This document shows positions 46,426-54,921 of a stretch of 64,000 nt of DNA, in pieces. A program made the translations under genes and the position numbers. The notes below the pieces were generated by a model, which did no database searches, was not told the DNA's origin, and worked only from the letters and a program-made list of their open reading frames with translations. The DNA lies in assembly GCA_050950285.1 (NCBI GenBank), contig JBMNHG010000008.1:496001-560000 (forward strand). The letters run 5' to 3'. Source of the DNA: Kiritimatiellia bacterium. GTDB lineage: Bacteria; Verrucomicrobiota; Kiritimatiellia; RFP12; JBMNHG01. Position 1 is the stretch's first letter; each line of letters starts with the position of its first letter.

Positions 46426-48139
46426 CCTAAAAAGAGCAGTTGGGTGTGCGGATTTTGAGCAAAGGCCTGTAAACACTGGCTTTCGTTGAGATTCGCGCCG
46501 CACCTATTTGGTGCAAAACGCAACGGTGCGCCCTATACTTCTGATTGAACCTAAAAAAAGGAGTACAGGATGAACGACACCGTTGCGTATGGGAATGATG
46601 GCACAGGGGCGCTTCTGGATCAAGCGGAGATCCGCAGGCTGCTGGTCCGCGGGGGCGGCGGATGCTTCGAAGTGGAGTGGGACGCCGACGCGAAAGTGAC
46701 GCCGACGGGCTCCGTCGTGTTCTTCGCCCAGTACCTTAAGACCGGCGGCCTGCCGGATCGTTTCTGCGACTCCTCGCCGCTGGAGTACAAGAGCAACAAT
46801 GCCCCCGCCGCGCGCGACGTGATGGGGACGCTGCTGCTTTCCGTCCTCAACGGGCAGACGCGTTACGCCCACATCAACGCGCTGCGTTCCGACCGCGTCG
46901 GGGCCGAGGTCCTGGGGCTTGGCAAGGTGGTGTCCGAAGACAGCGTCCGCAGGGCGCTGGGCCGCGGGACGGAAGAGGCCTGGGACACGTGGCTGGCGGG
47001 GCTGGAGCGGACGGTCGTCGAGCCGCTGCTCGCCGAGGCGTACGTCCTGGACATCGACAGCACGGTCAAGCCGCTCTACGGCCATCAGGAGGGCGCGGAG
47101 CTGGGTTACAACCCCAAGAAGCCGGGGCGGCCCAGCCACAACTGCCACACGTACTTCATCGGCGCGCTGCGCCTCGTGCTGGGCGTCGACGTGCAGCCCG
47201 GGAAGCAGCACTCGGGGGGTTGCGGCATGCCCGGCCTGTGGAAGCTCATCGACTCGCTGCCGCCCGGGTGCCGCCCGCGGCTGATACGCGGGGACGTGGG
47301 CTACGGCAGCGAGAAGGTCATGGCGCAGGCCGAGGCGCGCGGGCAGCCCTACCTGTTCAAGCTGAGGCGCTCGCCGAAGATCAAGTCGCGGCTCCGGGAG
47401 CTGGCGGCGCCCGGCCGGGCGTGGACCGACGCCGGCGAGGGCTGGCAGGCGTCCGAGAGCCGCCTGAAGCTGGCCGGCTGGACAGCCGAGCGACGGTGCG
47501 TGTTCCTGCGCCGCCCCGCGCGCGCGGAGCCGCCCCGCCCCTCCGGGCCGGAGTTCGGCTTCGTCCCGGAGGTCACGGACGCGCGGACATGGGACTATGC
47601 CGTGCTGGCGACCAACGACGGAACCCTGGACGCCGTGGCCCTGTCCCAGTTGTACAGGGACCGGGCGGACTGCGAGAACGTGTTCGACGAGATCAAGAAC
47701 CAGTGGGGCCGGGGCGGCTTCGTGACCCGCGACCTGCGGCGCTGCCGCATCATCGCCCGCATCATCGCCCTGGTCTACAACTGGTGGAACATCTTCACGC
47801 GCCTCGCCCGGCCCGACAGCCACATGGAGGCGGTCACATCCCGGCCCCTGCTGCTCCACGCGGTCGGCCGGCTGGTCACCACCGGCCGCCGGAAGATCGT
47901 GCGCCTGACCTCGACGCACGCCCTGGGCGGACAGGTCCGCCTCGTCCTGGACAGGATCGGCAGGTTCATGAACAACCTCGCGGCAATTGCGGAGCAGTTG
48001 AGCGCCGAGCAGGTCCGGGCGATCATTTTGTCGGCGGCGTTCGTCAAATGGCTGCGCGGAAGGGTGCTCCATCCAGTCTCAGAAGGCGACCAAATGCTGC
48101 TCCGGCTGATAACTTGAAAGTTCAACTGCTCTTTTTAGG
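46426..48139 (+). mobile_element. IS1380-family-like insertion sequence (copy 2, different from copy 1)
   Basis: Perfect 17-bp TIR CCTAAAAAGAGCAGTTG (46426-46442, 48123-48139); flanks differ, so no target duplication. Confidence 0.88.
46570..48117 (+). CDS. IS1380-like DDE transposase
   Basis: VLDIDSTVKPLYGHQEGAELGYNP, RGDVGYG, YRDRADCENVFDEIKNQWG; AAGGAG RBS. Confidence 0.9.
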   Translation: MNDTVAYGNDGTGALLDQAEIRRLLVRGGGGCFEVEWDADAKVTPTGSVVFFAQYLKTGGLPDRFCDSSPLEYKSNNAPAARDVMGTLLLSVLNGQTRYAHINALRSDRVGAEVLGLGKVVSEDSVRRALGRGTEEAWDTWLAGLERTVVEPLLAEAYVLDIDSTVKPLYGHQEGAELGYNPKKPGRPSHNCHTYFIGALRLVLGVDVQPGKQHSGGCGMPGLWKLIDSLPPGCRPRLIRGDVGYGSEKVMAQAEARGQPYLFKLRRSPKIKSRLRELAAPGRAWTDAGEGWQASESRLKLAGWTAERRCVFLRRPARAEPPRPSGPEFGFVPEVTDARTWDYAVLATNDGTLDAVALSQLYRDRADCENVFDEIKNQWGRGGFVTRDLRRCRIIARIIALVYNWWNIFTRLARPDSHMEAVTSRPLLLHAVGRLVTTGRRKIVRLTSTHALGGQVRLVLDRIGRFMNNLAAIAEQLSAEQVRAIILSAAFVKWLRGRVLHPVSEGDQMLLRLIT

Positions 48140-48203
48140 TTAGGTCATCTTATGCGGATCGTGCGCCGCAACCGCATGGCAAAGCTCATGGAGGTAACTT
48201 TGC

Positions 48204-49352
48204 TCATTGAACCTTCGTGGCCGGCAAGGCCATGCGTACCGCCCGCGTGTCCTGATCCAAGAACTGACCGCTCTTCACCTCGCTATAGGCCTGCCATGCC
48301 CGCGCATCCAAGTTGTGGTCTTTGGGGTCTTTGTCTTTTCGCTGATCCCATGCATACAAGAAGGCATCTTTCCCTGAAACATGATTGTTGCTGCTGATGT
48401 TGACCTTGATGCCGAGCTTTTCATGCAAACTCCGCATTTTCTCCCGTTCCTTTAGTTGATCGTTGGTATAAGCTATCTTTTCTGGAAAACATCCAACAAC
48501 CTTTCTGAATGCAAGCAACGCCAGTGCATTGTATACATTCTGCAACTCCAATCCGTTGACGATCCGCTCGTATCGTCTGGCATCCCACGAGTTGACAAGC
48601 GTCAGGGGTTCCGTCCCCGGCTCGTCGCGCTCGAAGAAGTCGAGATTGGCCTTGAGCGCCGGAGTCTCGACAAAGCCACGTCCCGGCGCCTGCCCCTCGG
48701 GCCGGGTTCTGCCGGATCGCTTCTCCCGCATCAGGAAACCGCCGGAGCCCCATGTCTTCTCCAGGTCCGCTTGCGTGCCGTCGACCGCGAAAAGGTTCGT
48801 TCCCGCCTCGTCGTTCAACGTCAGCGCCCTTGCCTCGACGCCCATCCACGCCGGGGTCATGCGCGCGGCCAGCTTCCCGCACCCGGCAAGCGGGAAGTCC
48901 AGGGACGCGGCAAGCCGCGCCAGACCGACGGCGGCGAGATCGAGGCAGCGCTGGGCGAGGAAAAGGTTGCCGTATCCCGGAGTCGAGGCGCACCAGTCGG
49001 ACAAGTCGCAAAGCAGGAGCGCCTGCCGGTGCAGTTCATCGCCTGGCGGCAGCTCTTGAAGCACGGTGGCAACGGCTTCCAGTTGCACGGCCATTTCCCG
49101 CCCGAACTCCCTGGCGGCAAGATCAACCCTTGTCTGCTCGTCCGATCCCGGACGATGCCCGACACTCCACCTCGAAGGCATGCGCGGCGCCTGCCACCGG
49201 TGTTCGCGCGCGGCAACCAGCAGGCCGGAAAGCCCGTCCTTTTGCAGGGCGGCATCCAATTCGCGAACGCGATCCATTCCGGTCGGTTCTTGTGCATGGG
49301 CCAAAGAACAAAGAGTGGCAAGAAGGATAATGCTGACGATCAACTTGTTCAT
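48204..49352 (-). CDS. Exported hypothetical protein, putative immunity paralogue 2
   Basis: 382 aa, signal peptide ending AHA-QEP; paralogue of 49438-50589. Confidence 0.85.
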   Translation of the reverse strand: MNKLIVSIILLATLCSLAHAQEPTGMDRVRELDAALQKDGLSGLLVAAREHRWQAPRMPSRWSVGHRPGSDEQTRVDLAAREFGREMAVQLEAVATVLQELPPGDELHRQALLLCDLSDWCASTPGYGNLFLAQRCLDLAAVGLARLAASLDFPLAGCGKLAARMTPAWMGVEARALTLNDEAGTNLFAVDGTQADLEKTWGSGGFLMREKRSGRTRPEGQAPGRGFVETPALKANLDFFERDEPGTEPLTLVNSWDARRYERIVNGLELQNVYNALALLAFRKVVGCFPEKIAYTNDQLKEREKMRSLHEKLGIKVNISSNNHVSGKDAFLYAWDQRKDKDPKDHNLDARAWQAYSEVKSGQFLDQDTRAVRMALPATKVQ

Positions 49353-49437
49353 GGTAACCTGACGTAAAGAAAATTAGGTCAGCTTATGCGGATCGTGTGC
49401 CGCAACCGCATGGCAAAGCTCATGGCGGTAACTTAGC

Positions 49438-50589
49438 TCATTGAACCTTCGTGGCCGGCAAGGCCATGCGTACCGCCCGCGTGTCCTGATCCAAGAACTG
49501 ACCGCTCTTCACCTCGCTATAGGCCTGCCATGCCGAGGAATAAAGGGTGTGCATCTGTGGGGTTCTGGCAGGCCGCTGACCCCAAGCTTGAGCAAAAGCC
49601 GCCTCACCTAGACTGCTATAGCCATCCTCGAACTTGACGACCTTGATCCCTCTTTTTGCGTATTCTGCGATGTCCTTGTCGCGTTGCTGTAGCTGCGCCT
49701 CGGTGAGTTCTGGCTTCTCGGGAAAACGTCCGACAACAGATCGGAACTTCAGGAGTGCCAGAGCCTTGTTTACATTCTGCAACTCCAATCCGTTGACGAT
49801 CCGCTCGTATCGTCTGGCATCCCATGAGTTGACAAGCGTCAGGGGTTCCGTGCCCGGCTCGTCGCGCTCGAAGAAGTCGAGATTGGCCTTGAGCGCCGGA
49901 GTCTCGATAAAGCCACGTCCCGGCGCCTGCCCTTCGGGCCGGGTTCTGCCGGATCGCTTCTCCCGCATCAGGAAGCCGCCGGAGCCCCATGTCTTCTCCA
50001 GATCCGCTTGCGTGCCGCCGACCGCGAAAAGGTCTGCTCCCGCCTCGCCGTTCAACGTCAGCGCCCTTGCCTCGACGCCCATCCACGCCGGGGTCATGCG
50101 CGCGGCCAGCTTACCGCACCCGGCAAGCGGGAAGTCCAGGGACGCGGCAAGCCGCGCCAGACCGACGGCGGCGAGATCGAGGCAGCGCTGGGCGAGGAAG
50201 AGGTTGCCGTGCCCCGGAGTCGAGGCGCACCAGTCGGACAAGTCGCAAAGCAGGAGCGCCTGCCGGTGCAGTTCATCGCCTGGCGGCAGCTCTTGAAGCA
50301 GGGTGGCAACGGCTTCCAGTCGCACGGCCATTTCCCGCCCGAACTCCCTGGCGGCAAGATCAACCCTTGTCTGCTCGTCCGATCCCGGACGATGCCCGAC
50401 GCTCCACCTGGACGGCATGCGCGGCGCCTGCCACCGGTGTTCGCGCGCGGCAACCAGCAGGCCGGGAAGCCCGCCCTTTTGCAGGGCACCATCCAATCCG
50501 CGAACGAGATCCATTCCGGACGGTTCTTGTGCATGGGTCAAAGAACAGAGACAGGCAAGAAGGGCAATGCTGACAATTAGCCTTTTCAT
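49438..50589 (-). CDS. Exported hypothetical protein, putative immunity paralogue 1
   Basis: 383 aa, signal peptide ending THA-QEP; ATGA overlap with the stop of the large upstream gene. Confidence 0.85.
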   Translation of the reverse strand: MKRLIVSIALLACLCSLTHAQEPSGMDLVRGLDGALQKGGLPGLLVAAREHRWQAPRMPSRWSVGHRPGSDEQTRVDLAAREFGREMAVRLEAVATLLQELPPGDELHRQALLLCDLSDWCASTPGHGNLFLAQRCLDLAAVGLARLAASLDFPLAGCGKLAARMTPAWMGVEARALTLNGEAGADLFAVGGTQADLEKTWGSGGFLMREKRSGRTRPEGQAPGRGFIETPALKANLDFFERDEPGTEPLTLVNSWDARRYERIVNGLELQNVNKALALLKFRSVVGRFPEKPELTEAQLQQRDKDIAEYAKRGIKVVKFEDGYSSLGEAAFAQAWGQRPARTPQMHTLYSSAWQAYSEVKSGQFLDQDTRAVRMALPATKVQ

Positions 50590-53500
50590 GGCAACTCCGT
50601 GTAAAGCTTGTTAAACTCGATGCGATCTATGAAGATTTTGCCGCGATTGCGCGAAGGCCCATACGAGCCGTTGCCGTAGCCGATCTGCAAGATCGCGGCA
50701 TCCTGAGAGTGGCCGCCAGCATCGTGGTTGAAGTCGTAGAGGTCGGTCACTTCTCCGATTGTTTCCACACTCGTTACTACCAAGCCGCCGGGCTGCTTCA
50801 CGACATGGTATCGTGCCTGATGGTAGGGAATCCTGCCTCGGCCAATAGTTCCGTTCACATCGTCAATGAGATTGTACAACCAGGTGTCAAATGTTACCGT
50901 GTATGGCGTGACCCACGACGGGCTTTCGCTTGTGTGCGCAACATCGAAGAATGTGGTAGCCGAAGGGAAGTCGGCTTCTGATCCAATCGGCAAACCGGCA
51001 AAGTAGTTCGTAACGATTGGTGAGACCGTGCTGTTATAGAAGGCTGTGAGTACGTTTTCGACTTGCGGGGCTGTAGCGACAAGATCAGCCAGAGACGTAT
51101 CCTTGTTCCATGTGTATTCAGTCAGCGTGGCATTCCCGCCATCATCGAACGAAGCCCCCGAATTGTGCGTAAGCCACTCGGCGAAGCAGCCGGCAAACGC
51201 ATTGAAGCTCACGTTTGTGGAACTGGTCGGCTGCTTGTCGGCCGGCACCCCTACCGCGTTTCCATCGCGGAATATCTGGAGAAGGCGCTTGGCATGCGGA
51301 AGAACCAGGCTTGTCGCCCAGCCGGGTGATGTCCAGTCGCCATCTATAATGGCATCTATACTTCCCTTCGCGGATGCGTACCGGTTTACGCTGCTTCCCC
51401 TAACCATCGGATCGCCGATAACTTCATCGGTTGTCGTGTTCTTCACGACACAGGGCAACAGCAAGTCCCCGCCGTCAAGCCCACCGCTGTTGTTCCAGTC
51501 AAAGCCGACCCTGATGGTGAAGTCCTCGACTCCCGGCGATGCCCCGGGATGCCGGAAGTTCAGCCCGCACTCGCCATTGGCGTCAAACGGGATTTTCCCG
51601 CTCCCCAGGATGATCTCGCCGCCCACATACCCGGCAGCATAGAACCGCGTGCGCAAGCCCGCCGGTTGAATGTCCGCCTTTATAGTCGCATAGTATATGT
51701 CGGTATCCCCCGGGGGAACCATGTAAACATAGTTTCGCGGCACGCCATAGGTGTCACCGTTGGAATCCGGGTCGGGATTGCCATAGGTGGGGTCATCTTT
51801 ACGCGCCGGATTGAAAATCTGGTTGGCCTTGTTGTTTGTCTCCCACATTTTTATGAATGTTGCACTGATGACATACAGCGTCGCCTCGTCCGCGAGGTCG
51901 GGGAAGGTCCTGGACTGCACCGTCAGGGAGTGCGCGCCGGCGGCGAGGTTGCTGACGGACACCGGCCAGGGCGGCTGGCCGTCGGCGATGGGAGTGCCGT
52001 CGAGGCTGAGCGTGTAGCCTTCGGGGTCGTGGCTGGAGGGCGCGAGGTTGACGGTGATCCCGGCGGTGCTCCCGCAGGCGGTGTAGTAGGCGTTCGTCGC
52101 CAGTCTGGCGACGATGGCCTCGACGAGGAGGTTGGTCGAGAGGCGGACCCTTTGCGCGGGATCGAGCAGCTTGTAGCCCAGCTCGTAATCACCGCCAACC
52201 TGGGCGCTTAGCCAGAAGTCGCGGCTGGCCGCGACCGAGGCGGGGGGCGTGTTCGTGAGGGCCGACCGTGCGGCGGCCCAGGGCGCGCCCTCGACAACGC
52301 TGAAGCGCAGCCCCGCGGAGGCGGCGAGCCGCAGGCTTCCCTCCGCCAGCGCCGACTCGGTGAGGACCCGCCACGCGCGAGACGCAGCCGGTGCCGCCGC
52401 GGATGCGGCAGTGCCCGCCGGCAGTGCCCGCCGCGTCGAGGCCGATGGCGGCCACCGTCCAGGACGAGGTGGCCGTGTGCGACGGATGCAGCTCGTGGCT
52501 GGCGACGACTTGGGCGTCGCCGAACGCCGTGCTGGGAACCAGCCCCCCGGCCGTCAGCGGGGCCGGGCCGGCGAAGCGGTCGCCGGCCGCGACCGGGGCG
52601 CCGTCGCGCCGCACATCGAGGCGCGCCGAGATCCGGCGGACCACGTTGGTCTTCTTCTCCGCCCACCAGCCGCCCAGCGCCATGTGCCCGGGACAGGCGC
52701 AGCAGCGCGCGTGGTGGATGTGGCGCATGCAACCGTCATTTTCGGAGCCAAGCATGAAGCCGGCTTCGCCACCCGGCGCCAGCATCCCGCCGCCGCCCAG
52801 CGTCAGGCAGGCGCAGACGCATTTCCACTCGCCGTGAAGCGAACACCACTCCTCCGGACTTCCGCCCGTGCAGATGCCGCACTCGCGCGCCGGCCGGCCA
52901 TGGTCGCAATAGAAGCGGTGGCACTGCTCGACCATCGCGGACGTCCCGCACCCGACCCCGTTCCCGTCGTCGGGCAGGAACCGCACCGTGAGCCGGCCGG
53001 GCAGGATCCACGATGGCGATATCACGGGGCTTCTGCCGCCATAGATGGCGCCGTTGATCCACTCCCAGTTGTAGGTTCCCGGAAGGCCGTCCGTGACGCT
53101 GGCCACGATCGGCTGATGCGCATCGTGCAGGCAGACGATCCCGCCGGAACCGACGGTGACGGCCGGCAACACCAGGGTCGCCGCGCCCGCGCCCTTCCCG
53201 CCGGGCGCCAGGCCGCCGGTGCGGCCGGCCAGGACGATGCAGCCGGTCGAGGCGGCCGACACCGAGACGCCGGGGGCGTTGCCGAGCGCGAGGGGGATGG
53301 ACGAGCCGTCGGGCAGGTCGAGGCTGAACTCTTCCCGTCCCTCCAGCAGGAGGGGACGGCCGCCAAGCGCCAGCACCGTGCCGGGGCCGGGCGTGCCGGC
53401 GACGGTGAAGACGACGGTGCGGAAGCCGTCGGCCAGGAGTCGTGCCACGTCGCCGGGGACCGCGTCGCTGGTCCCATGGAGCAGTTCCTGCCAGAGGGGG

Positions 53501-54681
53501 CAGCCGTCGCCGTCGGCGTCGGCGTCGGGATCGTTCCAGGCAAACGGCTCCGGGTCGATGCCGTCCGGCAGCCCGTCGCCGTCGGCGTCGGGGTTGCGCG
53601 GGCCGGTTCCGAGGGCCAGTTCGTCCGGGTCCGCGAGGCCGTCGAGGTCGGTGTCGGGCAGGCGGGGGTCGGTGCCGTGGACCATCACCTCGTCGCAGGT
53701 GGAGAGTCCGTCGCCGTCGTGGTCGGCGATGTCCGGGTCGAGCATGCCGAAGGCGCGCCAGTGGAGTTCGAGGCCGTGGACGAGGACGCCCGTGCCGCCG
53801 AAGGCGAAGGTCTCGCCGCCGCCGCCGTTCTGGGCGCCGACGACCCAGTTGGCGGCGGGCGGCGCGTTGGTGGCGGACAGCCGGGACAGGTCGTAGCGGT
53901 AGACGAAGTCGCCGGAGGGGAAGAGTTCGGCCTGGAAGGTGACGGGGAGGCCGGCGTCGCGGCCGGCGAAGACGTCCTGCCAGGCGAGCAGCAGGCTGTT
54001 GGAGGCGGTCGGGGCGTGCCAGAAGCGTCCGGCCGGCGGGACGATGCCGAGGGAGGTCTGCAGGGGGGCGAGGAAGTCGAGGCCCGAGCCGTCGGGCATC
54101 CGGCGGGCACGGGGCGAGCCCTTGGGCCAACCGAAGGAGAGCGTGCCGCTGCTGGAGACGTGCAGCCCCCCGACGCGGTTGGTGCCGAGGGTGAAGGACC
54201 AGTTGGTGGCGGGGAGCCAGAAGGTGTCCTCGGCCACCCCGTAGCGGGTCCAGGGGGCGTGGACGACGGCGTTCGACGGGACGGAGGCCAGGGCGGGAGA
54301 CGGATTGGTGGCGACGCGCGCGAGCGCGAAGCCGGCCCGGTACTGGCCGGCGGTCAGGCGGGGGCCGGAGGAGGGGCCGCGCGCGGGCCGCGCCGGGAGG
54401 CCGCCGGAGACCATGCCCGCCGGGGGAGGGCCGGAAGACGGGGCGTTGCTTCCGGGCGGCACCTTCGGGACGCCGTGCAGGGTGGCGACCGCCAGGAGGG
54501 CGGAGAGCGCCGCCCTGACGGAGGGCGAAAGCGAGCGGAACCGGTCGCCGAGAGCGCGGAAGAGGCGGCGCAGGCCGGGCGACGTCCCGGCCCAGGCGCC
54601 GAGGCAGAAGAGCAGCGGCACGCCGGCCAGCAGGCAGGCGCCCGCGAACATCCAATGGTGCATCGACTGCAGGAGTCCCAT
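50586..54681 (-). pseudogene. Large membrane-anchored/secreted protein with TSP3-like repeats and variable C-terminal domain (putative polymorphic toxin), frameshifted
   Basis: Deleting one copy of the 13-bp tandem repeat at 52407-52432 joins ORFs 52189-54681 and 50586-51962 into one 1360-aa frame. Confidence 0.8.
52407..52432. repeat. Perfect 13-bp tandem duplication GGCAGTGCCCGCC x2
   Basis: Read directly: 52407-52419 and 52420-52432. Confidence 0.95.
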
Positions 54682-54881
54682 GGCTCTACCGCAGAAGGAT
54701 CACGGCGCCGCGACAAGACAGGCGGCGATGGCCCGGAGAAAAACGGCGCGCCGCCGGAACCGCGGCCCAAGGGAGGAAATGCAACCTGCATCCATGGTGG
54801 GGAGCGTAGCACGGGGCAACGGCGGCGGCAACCCTTATTCGTCCAACAATACAGGTCCAACCATGCAGGGTATGGCGCGGT

Positions 54882-54910
54882 TTGCGCGCGGGTTTCCGCG
54901 GTGATATACT
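54882..54910 (+). promoter_or_regulatory. Putative sigma70 promoter for batD
   Basis: TTGCGC-17 nt-TATACT with extended TG, 11 nt before the ATG. Confidence 0.5.
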
Positions 54911-54921
54911 GCTTCGAACGC

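Larger units (their letters stand above)
48140..50589. repeat. Tandem duplication, period about 1234 bp (gene plus downstream spacer)
   Basis: 48140-49352 and 49374-50589 are near-identical apart from the signal-peptide region and one internal variable window. Confidence 0.9.

Noticed and set aside
46426..46523. N-terminus of the 171-aa HExxH ORF
   Set aside because: These codons lie inside the IS end, so they are not part of the original gene.
49353..49437. Possible integron attC site
   Set aside because: No properly oriented RYYYAAC/GTTRRRY ends and no integrase nearby.
48140..50589. Possible diversity-generating retroelement (TR/VR pair)
   Set aside because: No reverse transcriptase in the window; differences include indels and all base types rather than adenine-specific changes.
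52249..54921. Long N-terminal extension of the 1756-aa ORF
   Set aside because: Antisense to the putative toxin gene; batD has its own promoter and signal peptide from 54922.
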